In this document: piece by piece, positions 17,922 to 26,648 of the stretch
Position numbering within the stretch: position 1 is the stretch's first letter
Layout of the letters: every line of letters starts with the position of its first letter
From: a bacterium
Lineage (GTDB): Bacteria; Patescibacteriota; Dojkabacteria; SC72; WJKH01
Reading direction: 5' to 3'
NCBI GenBank assembly: GCA_029547225.1
Contig: JAKPPS010000024.1
Span: forward strand, 893-64,892
Length of the DNA stretch: 64,000 nt
Program-made: the position numbers and the translations under genes
The notes under the pieces: generated by a model
Databases searched by the model: none
Told to the model about the DNA's origin: nothing
Seen by the model: the letters and a program-made list of their open reading frames with translations, nothing else

Positions 17922-18038
17922 TGCCGAGGACAGGACTTGAACCTGCAACCCCGCTGACTATACTCAATCGATTATTAAGTACAAACAGCGGGGACATGCT
18001 CCTAAGGCATGCGTGTCTGCCAGTTTCACCACCTCGGC
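17922..18038 (-). tRNA. tRNA-Leu (anticodon UAG) with an extremely long variable arm (117 nt in total)
   Basis: Acceptor GCCGAGG/CCTCGGC, D arm GTG-AAACTGGCAGA-CAC, anticodon stem CATGC/GCATG with loop CTTAGGA, T arm GCAGG-TTCAAGT-CCTGT, discriminator A. The variable region is about 48 nt: CCCCGCTG...CAGCGGGG enclosing a further 11-bp AT-rich helix. Confidence 0.85.
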
Positions 18039-18163
18039 ACGTTCAGGAATACATTTTACAATATATTTAGTAATCAATCAATGTTTTCCCAATACCGTAA
18101 ATATGTAAAAGTATTATGAAAATGACTCAATATAAATGGAAAAATTACCAAACTCGAAATGAT

Positions 18164-18466
18164 TTATGACTCTTCAGAGCCAAAAGTAGCTCCCCAAACT
18201 TGAATATATCCAGCCTGAGTGAATGGGGCATTTGCGAGTGCCTCTTGATTACTTAAGGATGGTTTAACAATATCCTCACGTAATTCAGAAAAATCAATTG
18301 TTTGAGAATATCCCATTTTTACACTTGATGTATCAACTTGAGCAATTTTTCCAGCACTATCAAGTATAGATTGCATCTGTGGAGTAAACTCCTCAATCTC
18401 TTTATCGGTTAATTTTATTTTTGAAAGATGGGCAACATGCTCCAATAATTCTTTATCAAATTTCAT
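18164..18466 (-). CDS. gatC: Asp/Glu-tRNA amidotransferase subunit C
   Basis: 100 aa with LSKIKLTDKEIEEF...LDSAGKI..VDTS, located directly downstream of gatB. Confidence 0.85.
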   Translation of the reverse strand: MKFDKELLEHVAHLSKIKLTDKEIEEFTPQMQSILDSAGKIAQVDTSSVKMGYSQTIDFSELREDIVKPSLSNQEALANAPFTQAGYIQVWGATFGSEES

Positions 18467-18483
18467 ATAAGTCTTCGCAAAAA

Positions 18484-19971
18484 TTATTTACCTAGCTCTT
18501 TTTCGAGTAAATCCTTTACCTTGTTCGGATCAGCATTCCCTTTACTTAATTTCATGACGGCACCAACCAGAAACCCTATTACAGCTGTCTTACCTGATTT
18601 ATAATCAGTAACAGCTTTTTCATTTTCACTTAAAGCTTGCTTAACCATGTTCAAGAGAGCTCCGTCATCTGAAACTGCACTACTTTGTGCTTTCTCGATT
18701 TCTGAGCTAATATCGACTGATTTATCGTTGCTCAAGCAATTAAGTAGTATCTCTTTAGCTTTATTAGTTGTTATAGCTTTGGTATTCACTGACTTAGTAA
18801 GAATTGCTAGATCTTCAGGTTTTATAGATACATCATTTATTTCGATGCCATTCTTGTTTAGGTGTGAGAAAATAATGCCGGTTATCCAGTTTGCAGTAGA
18901 TTTTGCATCACCAGAAAGATCAAACGCTTTCTCAAAGTATTCTGCAATATCTCGTGATGCTGTCAAAACCTCAATATCATAATCTTGGAGGCCAAAGTCG
19001 TTTTTGTACCTTTCAGCTTTTGCATCTGGTAGCTCTACCAATTTTGTTGATATATTTGCGATATCTTGGTCAGATACATTAATAATCGGAATATCTGGTT
19101 CTCTAAAATATCTGTAATCTTCAGCAGATTCTTTTGATCTTTGAAATTCTGTAATACCTTTTTCTGCGTTCCAACCTCTGGTCTGCTGAGTTAGTTTTTT
19201 GCCCGCTTGCAAATCATCGGTCATCCTCTTTACTTCATATTCGATTGCTTTTTCTACGGCGGATATTGAACCGATGTTTTTTACTTCAGTTTTAGGATTT
19301 AATTTATAATCTCCAATAGGTTTAATCTTGTTATCAACCATCTGCCATTTACCTGTTTCCTGTATAGAAATATTTGGTTCACATCTCATCTGACCTTTTT
19401 CCATATCCGCGTCCGAGATACCAAGATATCTCGCAATTTGACGAATTTTTGTAGCATACAATTTCGCTTCTTGAGCTGACTTAATACATGGTTTTGTTAC
19501 GATTTCGATAAGTGGTACACCAGATTTATTGTAGTCAACTAGCGTATAATCAGCGCCTGTAGTTCCGTCTTTCAGATGAAATGTTTTGGCTACATCTTCT
19601 TCTTGATGTATTCTTTCAATTAATACTGTTGAAGTGGATCCATCCGGCAACTTAATATTTACAGTACCATTGTTACATAGAGGTTCATCGTATTGACTTA
19701 TCTGATAACCCTTTGGAAGATCAGGATAGAAGTAATGTTTACGATCAAATTTGATATGTTTTGCAATAGTACAGTTTGTGGCTAATCCCATTAATATGCA
19801 CAGTTCTAAGGCATGTTTATTAGGGACAGGTAAAGCGCCAGGTAAGCCAAGACATTTAGGGCATGTAAGAGTGTTAGGTTCTTTCTCGAAATATTGTGAA
19901 GAACAAGAGCAGAACATTTTAGATTCTGTTTTGAGCTGCAAATGAATTTCTAAACCGATTATTGTATCCAT
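18484..19971 (-). CDS. gatB: Asp/Glu-tRNA amidotransferase subunit B
   Basis: IGLEIHLQL, the CSC...CPKCLGLPGALPV zinc site, DYNKSGVPLIEIV, RCEPNISI and the C-terminal YqeY-like tail. Confidence 0.95.
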   Translation of the reverse strand: MDTIIGLEIHLQLKTESKMFCSCSSQYFEKEPNTLTCPKCLGLPGALPVPNKHALELCILMGLATNCTIAKHIKFDRKHYFYPDLPKGYQISQYDEPLCNNGTVNIKLPDGSTSTVLIERIHQEEDVAKTFHLKDGTTGADYTLVDYNKSGVPLIEIVTKPCIKSAQEAKLYATKIRQIARYLGISDADMEKGQMRCEPNISIQETGKWQMVDNKIKPIGDYKLNPKTEVKNIGSISAVEKAIEYEVKRMTDDLQAGKKLTQQTRGWNAEKGITEFQRSKESAEDYRYFREPDIPIINVSDQDIANISTKLVELPDAKAERYKNDFGLQDYDIEVLTASRDIAEYFEKAFDLSGDAKSTANWITGIIFSHLNKNGIEINDVSIKPEDLAILTKSVNTKAITTNKAKEILLNCLSNDKSVDISSEIEKAQSSAVSDDGALLNMVKQALSENEKAVTDYKSGKTAVIGFLVGAVMKLSKGNADPNKVKDLLEKELGK

Positions 19972-19983
19972 GATGCTATTATA

Positions 19984-21096
19984 TTATTGTCGTAGTGTGT
20001 CGTCAACGAAAACAGGTATATCTTTTTTACTTTCATTATTGATTATATCTTCCGATTTATCGAGATAGAGATATATAGTTCCTCTACCTGAGCCTTTTGT
20101 GCTTAGATAGCCCTTTTCAAGTAAGTCTTGTAAATCTCTAAAAGCAGTCATAAATGAAATACCCATAAGCTTTGAATATTCTTGACGAGAAATTTTCTTA
20201 TGAATATTTAAGTACTCAATCGCCTTTATTTGTCGATTATTTAAGTCGAGAGAAAGCTGTGCGTGATTTTTAACTTTTGATTCATAGTTCGAAGAAATAT
20301 TTGTTTCCAAAGAGATAGTTTCTAACAAAATAGAATAGAGTAGGGCTTCGATAAAAGCAGTCTGATCTTTCTTAGATTTAGAAATTTTGAATGCTTCTAA
20401 AAGATTCTCACCAAGATTATTATAGATTTTACTGATCACTTGGAGATTATCAATGTTATATCCGAACTCCTTGAGAAGTAATCCTGTAAATATTACAGTT
20501 GTCACCTGATTTCCAACGAAAAAAGGAGATTTATCAATCATTTCATAGTTTAGTATCGCAAGTCGAATAAGTTTATGAATTTTAATTTTAGGATCTACGG
20601 TCCAATCGCATAAATCATTGAGAAATGATGAGACATCTAATTGTGGATAATAATCCCTATACTTGTACCAATTGTCATAAATATCGTTTGGTTTCTCACT
20701 AAAAGTTCTAAATTTCCCTGTTTCCCATTCATCTACGATACCTGACATAGCAAGTCTATTGATGTGAATTAGTAAATCAGCAGAAGGTTTAATAAATTGC
20801 ATCTGATTGTAGGTCTTAACAAACTCATTAATACTACGATAGTTAATAAACAGTTTAAGCTTAGTTTTATCAGAAGGAAGCTCTTTACCTTTTTGAATCA
20901 ATAAAGCTTTATTTAACCCAATTTTGTAACCTGTAAGTTCTCCGAGGAAATAAATATCATCTGTCTTTTGAAGCTGATAAATATCGTTTTTCACATTGTA
21001 AGGTAACGGAAGTCCTTTAATTTTATTAGCAGAGAGTTCAATACGGATAATATAATCCAATATCAAGTTTGTTATAGTAAAAGTAGGTAAATTCAT
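19984..21096 (-). CDS. Fic/Fido-domain-like protein with a degenerate active-site motif and a C-terminal winged-helix domain
   Basis: SPFFVGNQVTTVIF occupies the position of the Fic motif HPFxxGNGRxxR (His replaced by Ser, GNGR replaced by GNQV). The C-terminus (ISRQEYSKLMGISFMTAFRDLQDLLEKGYLSTKGSGRGTIY) looks like a wHTH. Confidence 0.5.
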   Translation of the reverse strand: MNLPTFTITNLILDYIIRIELSANKIKGLPLPYNVKNDIYQLQKTDDIYFLGELTGYKIGLNKALLIQKGKELPSDKTKLKLFINYRSINEFVKTYNQMQFIKPSADLLIHINRLAMSGIVDEWETGKFRTFSEKPNDIYDNWYKYRDYYPQLDVSSFLNDLCDWTVDPKIKIHKLIRLAILNYEMIDKSPFFVGNQVTTVIFTGLLLKEFGYNIDNLQVISKIYNNLGENLLEAFKISKSKKDQTAFIEALLYSILLETISLETNISSNYESKVKNHAQLSLDLNNRQIKAIEYLNIHKKISRQEYSKLMGISFMTAFRDLQDLLEKGYLSTKGSGRGTIYLYLDKSEDIINNESKKDIPVFVDDTLRQ

Positions 21097-21117
21097 AATT
21101 ATTAACTCTTAATTTAC

Positions 21118-21282
21118 GGTATGCCACCAACCTTATTGCGTTCCAATAATCTTATTCCATGACTACCCGAGCATTTTTTGAAGATACACCGCTATCACGA
21201 AGCCATACATCAGTTTTTTTTGAAAAACAACCCATGGATAGTGATGGGGAGCGGTCGTCAATGCTATTTGCTCGGATACATT
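21118..21282 (-). repeat. copy A of a conserved four-box structured element (candidate ncRNA or MITE-like repeat)
   Basis: Shares ordered boxes with 39957..40123 and 42465..42515. On the plus strand here they read GGTATGCCACCAACC, CCATGACTACCC, CATGGATAGTGATGG and ATTTGCTCGGATACAT. The strand is inferred from G-U pairing. Confidence 0.6.
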
Positions 21283-21358
21283 AAGCTCATTTTTATTAAT
21301 TTTATTTTAAAATGCACAAGAACTATTAAAATTAGTTATCGATATTATACGACAGACA

Positions 21359-21432
21359 AGCTGGTGGGCGGGATCGAACCGCCGACCTGCTCATTACGAG
21401 TGAGCTGCTCTAGCCAACTGAGCCACACCAGC
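21359..21432 (-). tRNA. tRNA-Thr (anticodon CGU)
   Basis: Acceptor GCTGGTG/CACCAGC, anticodon stem GCTCA/TGAGC with loop CTCGTAA, T arm GGCGG-TTCGATC-CCGCC. Confidence 0.92.
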
Positions 21433-21473
21433 AGAATATTACAGAAATATTGTAACAAAAATGTTACGAATGT

Positions 21474-22367
21474 TCAATCTTTTTTAAATATTTTCTTTTT
21501 CAGAATATAAAGAATTCCAAAGCATATTATCATTGAAAGAATTGATACTATACCGATTGCACCTCCAATAAATGGATTATAATTAATCAGCATTATAACG
21601 AAAATACCAGCAAAACCGTTAAACATACCGTGTAATGCAGCCGCATATATGGCATTATGATTTCTTTCAATAATCATGCCAAACAGTAACGAAAAAGTCA
21701 TACAAAACGCTACAAATATCAAACTACCCAATACTCCATTACCTACGCCATAATTGTATCCCTGTAGAATAATGGGAGAGTGCCATAAACCCCAAATCAG
21801 ACCAATTAGTAAATATTTCTTAATAAATGATAATGACCTGAATTCATTAACTAAATAACCTCTCCAACCGATCTCTTCACCTAAGGCGAAAATAAGATTA
21901 ATTGTAATACCGGCAATAACAGCACTAATATACGATATAGGAACAAGCAGAAGCGGAGTAGGTGGTAAATTTGCAGATAAAGGTGCTTGCTCACCGAGCA
22001 TTTGCTTTAATAATGTTAGTAATTCTTCATTGTTTGAAATTAAGTGGCCAAAAAATTCTGGATTAATAGCTCCAAGAATTAAGGATAGTAAAAAGATAAT
22101 GATTACCCACAAAGTAAATACAAATAATGTATATAAGGATTCCTTTATGTTTAATTTTTTTATTGAAATGAATGAGCCGAAATCGATATTCTCTTTAAAT
22201 ATGAACTTGAGTATTAATAGAGACACAAGAGGTATAGGCATGTAACAGAATGCAAGAAAGATGCCTGAGAGAGAAACTAATGCAGAATTAACTATAAAAT
22301 AGTATATTCCAGCACTGATAAGAGTCAGTACTGATAAAATTATTAAAAATTTAATGTATCCCTTCAT
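21474..22367 (-). CDS. CPBP-family intramembrane glutamic endopeptidase (CAAX protease-like)
   Basis: Polytopic protein with EEIGWRGYL (EExxxR), WGLWHSP and AALHGMFNG motifs. I trimmed the start to the ATG at 22367 (MKGYIKF) because the track ORF start at 22436 overlaps tRNA-Gly(CCC). Confidence 0.8.
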   Translation of the reverse strand: MKGYIKFLIILSVLTLISAGIYYFIVNSALVSLSGIFLAFCYMPIPLVSLLILKFIFKENIDFGSFISIKKLNIKESLYTLFVFTLWVIIIFLLSLILGAINPEFFGHLISNNEELLTLLKQMLGEQAPLSANLPPTPLLLVPISYISAVIAGITINLIFALGEEIGWRGYLVNEFRSLSFIKKYLLIGLIWGLWHSPIILQGYNYGVGNGVLGSLIFVAFCMTFSLLFGMIIERNHNAIYAAALHGMFNGFAGIFVIMLINYNPFIGGAIGIVSILSMIICFGILYILKKKIFKKD

Positions 22368-22406
22368 AACAATACATGTATATTTAATTAATTCTACAGA
22401 GCGAAA

Positions 22407-22479
22407 AGCGAGAGACGAGACTCGAACTCGCGACATTCTCCTTGGGAAGGAGGCATTCTACCAACTGAATTACTCTCGC
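22407..22479 (-). tRNA. tRNA-Gly (anticodon CCC)
   Basis: Acceptor GCGAGAG/CTCTCGC, anticodon loop TTCCCAA (the outermost stem pair is a C-A mismatch), T arm GCGAG-TTCGAGT-CTCGT. Confidence 0.85.
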
Positions 22480-22581
22480 AAAGATTCTGACTAATAATAT
22501 GATTACTAATCAAAATTAATGTAGTAAAATATTCTTTCTAGATATTCTCATCAATCTAGAGAAAAATCTAAACTACGATTC

Positions 22582-23541
22582 TTATTCTGCCCATTCAGAT
22601 TTTTGAATTATCTCTGAAAGGATCCAATCAAAATCACCATTAACTACATTAGCGTTACAATATTTACATTTACCGGCTACATCAACAGATATAGGTGCAC
22701 CACAGTTTGGACACTTTTTATCAAAGATGCCATCTTTAACTTTAGTTTTAAGATTCGATTTTCTAATAAATGACCAGTATTCAGTAAATGGAGGCTGTTG
22801 ATCTTTTGAACCCTCAATGACTACATCAGGTTTATCTTCCTTGACTTTATAATCCTTCATAGAAGCTCGGATTTTGATAACAATCTTATGGAAATCTTGT
22901 CCTAAATCTATTTTAGCGAAATCTGCGCTACCTACAACAATATATTCAAGAACATTAATTGTTTTGTTTTTAATCATATTTTCAATCTGCATCTGATGGC
23001 TTTGGTATACTTCTTCACCCATAAACGGACGACAAATTGCTTGATCTCTCTTTGTCCAGCCTTCTTGAACTGCCATAAACACTTTCTTGACATGAGTTTT
23101 AAATTTCTGCTCATCAAAATCAGGATCGATCGATTTTAATTCAGATAATTTTGTAGCAATTTCCTCTGGAGTTTGTGACCTGTTAGTTGTAGGTACAGAT
23201 GAAGATGTGCCACCAGCAACAGGTGTTGCACCTGAACCTCCGCTACCACCTTTTCGTTTGTTAATTATAGAGACCACAATGATAAATACAACAATTGCAA
23301 TGAAAATAGCGACTTGACAGCCAACAGGAGTATCAGATGAACCTGAAGAAGAATAATACGAGCCTGAATCCCAGTCACTTGAGCTTGAACCCCAATCACT
23401 AGAACTCGAACTTGAATCAAATCCTCCATCACCAAAACTCTCTCCACCACCAGCACGCGCTGAAACAAAAGTAACAGCCATAATAAATACTGTAAAAGAA
23501 ACAATTATAATTGACAGTAATTTCGGCAATTTATTTCGCAT
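22582..23541 (-). CDS. membrane protein with a Ser/Gly-rich region, a Tim44-like domain and a C-terminal zinc ribbon
   Basis: Signal/TM helix, an SSSSSDWGSSSSDWDSGS low-complexity stretch and a second TM helix. This is followed by DPDFDEQKFKTHVKKVFMAVQEGWTKRD...(Tim44-like as I recall it) and CPNCGAPI...CKYCNA. Confidence 0.5.
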   Translation of the reverse strand: MRNKLPKLLSIIIVSFTVFIMAVTFVSARAGGGESFGDGGFDSSSSSSDWGSSSSDWDSGSYYSSSGSSDTPVGCQVAIFIAIVVFIIVVSIINKRKGGSGGSGATPVAGGTSSSVPTTNRSQTPEEIATKLSELKSIDPDFDEQKFKTHVKKVFMAVQEGWTKRDQAICRPFMGEEVYQSHQMQIENMIKNKTINVLEYIVVGSADFAKIDLGQDFHKIVIKIRASMKDYKVKEDKPDVVIEGSKDQQPPFTEYWSFIRKSNLKTKVKDGIFDKKCPNCGAPISVDVAGKCKYCNANVVNGDFDWILSEIIQKSEWAE

Positions 23542-23667
23542 AAAAGAATATATAAAATTATATAACTGTTACCTCTGTAACAAAACTAAACGACTACGAC
23601 CTAATTAAAATATACTAATAATTAGTAATATTAGTCACCGGACTATAATTTACAATTTTAGTATCTA

Positions 23668-24627
23668 TTATTTAGTTGTTTCTGGTGCTGGAGTTGGTGA
23701 AGTAGTACTTGTCGATTGTGGTGTTGTTTGTGCTTGATTCTGTCCCATTTGCTGAGCTGCATTCATACCCATACCCATTGTGAAACCTGTTGCAGCACCA
23801 AATGTTGATGTCGCTGCTTGACCGGCACTTGAGCCACTTTGTAAACCTGATGCCATACCAAGTTTTACAGCTGCATCTGCTGCTTGCATATTGTTTGCGT
23901 AAGCAAAGTCTCTGGTCATCTGTTTCAATGTTGCTTCGTCTTCCTCTTTAATACTTATTGTGACATTACCTATCTTTGCTACAGTTAGTCCATACTCCTC
24001 AAGTTCTTTAGTAATTAAAGGTAAAACCTTAAGTTCAAATTCTGATGCCTGGGAAGCTATACCTAGTACAGGTTTTTTCTCTTCTGAAACATATGAAGAA
24101 ACAACTTCTCTGAAAACTTTCAGCAATAAGCTTTTAACCCATTCTGTCAATTCTTCATTTGTTGTCATACTCTTTGTACCAAGAAGATTGATTACTAATT
24201 TTTCAGGCTCAACTGCTTTAATTGAGTATTCACCAAATAATCTTATTCCTACTGCTAAATTTGACATTGGATCTAGAACATTATCAATCATACCTCCAAA
24301 GGGTAGGTTGGCAAATTGTCGTGTAGAAACAAAGTATAGCTCCGACATAAGAAAATTCCCACCAGTAATGTTATCGATTAATGCACCTAGAAATGGTATG
24401 TCTGCACCATTTAAATTGTGTGTACCTGATGTGAGGATACCCGCAACTTGTCCTTTTTTGACAAATAAAGCAACTTCATCAGCTTGTACAGTAAGTTGAG
24501 ATAGAAGACGAATATTTGTTTCTGGCCATTTATATACAATTGTATCTTTTGCATCATCTGGACGCGCAATAAATTGTTTTGCAGCTTCATCCTTAATTAC
24601 ATTTTTAAAACCATCGAAAATTCCCAT
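23668..24627 (-). CDS. SPFH-domain protein (YdjI / virion-core-protein-like family)
   Basis: The N-terminus MGIFDGFKNVIKDE..FIARPDD...IVYKWP...L.VQADEVALFVKKGQV is typical of the YdjI-type SPFH family as I recall it. The C-terminal tail is rich in A, Q, G, M and T. Confidence 0.6.
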   Translation of the reverse strand: MGIFDGFKNVIKDEAAKQFIARPDDAKDTIVYKWPETNIRLLSQLTVQADEVALFVKKGQVAGILTSGTHNLNGADIPFLGALIDNITGGNFLMSELYFVSTRQFANLPFGGMIDNVLDPMSNLAVGIRLFGEYSIKAVEPEKLVINLLGTKSMTTNEELTEWVKSLLLKVFREVVSSYVSEEKKPVLGIASQASEFELKVLPLITKELEEYGLTVAKIGNVTISIKEEDEATLKQMTRDFAYANNMQAADAAVKLGMASGLQSGSSAGQAATSTFGAATGFTMGMGMNAAQQMGQNQAQTTPQSTSTTSPTPAPETTK

Positions 24628-24674
24628 GTCAAAATACTTTATTAAATTTATATATTGTTATACTTAGGAAAAAT

Positions 24675-25043
24675 TTATCCTAAAGTATTTTTTGTTATTT
24701 CCCAATCAGATTTAAGATGATCACCAATTTCTTGAGCAACTCTAGCTGTAACTTTGCCATCTTTTTTAATTTCATCTACTACTTCAGAAACCAAGGTAAT
24801 ATATTTTTCTTTATCGATTTTTGTGCCTAATCTTTTTAATGCTCTAACTTTTTTTTCAACCATATCCTTTGCATTAGTATAAAATTCTTCAGCCTTGATA
24901 CCTAACTCTTTACTAAATTGAGCTAACTCTTTACGAGTTGCTTCACCTGATTTTGGTGCTAGTAGAATACCGGCTACTGCGCCTGCTGCTGCACCAACTG
25001 TTAATCCCATTACGAATGAGAAAAAATCTGATGTTCTTGCCAT
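24675..25043 (-). CDS. YtxH-domain protein
   Basis: GLTVGAAAGAVAGILLAPKSGEATRKEL N-terminal YtxH signature followed by a helical remainder. Confidence 0.7.
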   Translation of the reverse strand: MARTSDFFSFVMGLTVGAAAGAVAGILLAPKSGEATRKELAQFSKELGIKAEEFYTNAKDMVEKKVRALKRLGTKIDKEKYITLVSEVVDEIKKDGKVTARVAQEIGDHLKSDWEITKNTLG

Positions 25044-25123
25044 ATACTTTTATTTATAATTTATCAGTTAAAATATAGCACATAAGTTGGATAAATAAAA
25101 TACTAAAAATATCTGTGTGGTTA

Positions 25124-25807
25124 TTATAATTTCAATGACTTGATAATCAACGCAAATAAAGCGATGAATGAAAGTGGGGCAACAATAATTAATATGATAT
25201 TTATTAGGGGCGTTTTTGAAATAGTTGTGTCAATCTCAGTATTTGCATTAGTCTCACGCTCTTCAATATTATTTTGGTTTTCTGTTTGACTGTCATTAGT
25301 ATTTTCTTCGGTAGGTATACTATCATCTGATTGATTTACATTTTCGGACACCTCAAGGGCAACATCTGAAGCTTCTTCGTCGGTCGCCGATTCGGTACTA
25401 ATCCCCGTTAACTCAATAATTTTATTTATCACCGCACTGTCACCCATATAACATAATCCGCCATAGTAGAACAATGGAACTTGGGGATTGGTGATATTGC
25501 ATGACATTGCAGAAGCGATAAATTGATCTGATGAAGCTTCATCATTAATATAGACAGTTTCATAATTTATTTCATCATTTATATTATATTTTTCAATAAA
25601 ATCTGATACAGATTTACAATATGTGCACGATTCGGAGAGATATAATTTGTCTTCGCTTCCAGCATAAACAAGCGATCTTTCTGATTTGAAAACATAATGA
25701 ACGCCAGTGATTATAACGAATAACATTAATAAAAAGATTGTCGCAGTAAGGATGCGTTTAATTATCTGAAAATTCTTTATCTTATTTATAAAGGAATGTT
25801 TACTCAT
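25124..25807 (-). CDS. membrane-anchored glutaredoxin/thioredoxin-fold protein
   Basis: N-terminal TM helix, a CTYC (CxxC) site in a Grx-like context (...VPLFYYGGLCYMGDSAV), an acidic linker and a C-terminal TM helix. Confidence 0.5.
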   Translation of the reverse strand: MSKHSFINKIKNFQIIKRILTATIFLLMLFVIITGVHYVFKSERSLVYAGSEDKLYLSESCTYCKSVSDFIEKYNINDEINYETVYINDEASSDQFIASAMSCNITNPQVPLFYYGGLCYMGDSAVINKIIELTGISTESATDEEASDVALEVSENVNQSDDSIPTEENTNDSQTENQNNIEERETNANTEIDTTISKTPLINIILIIVAPLSFIALFALIIKSLKL

Positions 25808-25902
25808 TTAATTGTTGTACTTTTGATATTATATTCAAAAATAGAATTAATTAATCATAAATCAATAGATATTTCATCATATTGTGATATTATTATACAT
25901 CA

Positions 25903-26544
25903 ATGAAAGCAACCTATCAAAAGGAATTACAATTATTACAAGAAGGATATCGATTAATTCTAGGTCTAGATGAAGCTGGGAGAGGTCCTTGGGCGGGGCC
26001 AGTTTCTGTCGGTGGAGTACTAATAACTGATGAAAAGCAAATTATAGATGGGGTAGGCGATAGCAAAACCTTGTCTCATTTAAAGCGTGAAGATCTTTAC
26101 GAACGGATTATCAATTCAGGGTGTAAGTATTCGTTTTCACTTATTCAAAGTCAGATTATTGATAAAATCGGTATTCATCATGCAATCCATGAAGCAATGA
26201 TAAATGTAATTTCTGATATCGAAAAATCTATAAATGATAAAGTAAGTTATCTTTTGATAGATGGCGCGAATGTATTGGAGATTGAAGGATATCAGCAAGA
26301 ACGAATTAATAAAGGTGATGCATTGCATTACTCTATTTCTGCGGGATCGATCATAGCAAAAGTTGCAAGAGATAGGTTTATGTATGAGCAGGCAAAGCTT
26401 TATCCTCAGTACCAATTTGAAAAACATGTTGGATATGGTACTAAAATTCATTATGAAGCATTGTGTAAGTATGGCCCTTGTCCATTACATCGGTTTTCAT
26501 TCAAACCAATAAAAGCAATTGTCGAACAGATAAATCAGAAGTAG
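25903..26544 (+). CDS. rnhB: ribonuclease HII
   Basis: LGLDEAGRGPWAGPV catalytic motif, DSK, IDGAN and IAKVARD. Confidence 0.92.
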   Translation: MKATYQKELQLLQEGYRLILGLDEAGRGPWAGPVSVGGVLITDEKQIIDGVGDSKTLSHLKREDLYERIINSGCKYSFSLIQSQIIDKIGIHHAIHEAMINVISDIEKSINDKVSYLLIDGANVLEIEGYQQERINKGDALHYSISAGSIIAKVARDRFMYEQAKLYPQYQFEKHVGYGTKIHYEALCKYGPCPLHRFSFKPIKAIVEQINQK

Positions 26545-26648
26545 GTTACCCTCAATATTCATATGTTCGGCAAAAATTGTGATCATTTATTTTTTTACGT
26601 CTCCGATATTTATTAACAAGCTTAACTAAATTTTCTTATTCACAATAA

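Noticed and set aside
21178-21510. 110-aa track ORF on the plus strand.
   Set aside because: It runs antisense through tRNA-Thr (21359..21432) and through copy A of the repeat. Its sequence is low-complexity read-through, so it is spurious.
22368-22436. N-terminal 23 codons of the CPBP protease ORF as given in the track.
   Set aside because: This stretch overlaps tRNA-Gly(CCC) (22407..22479) on the same strand. An internal ATG at 22367, directly followed by the first TM helix, is the more plausible start.
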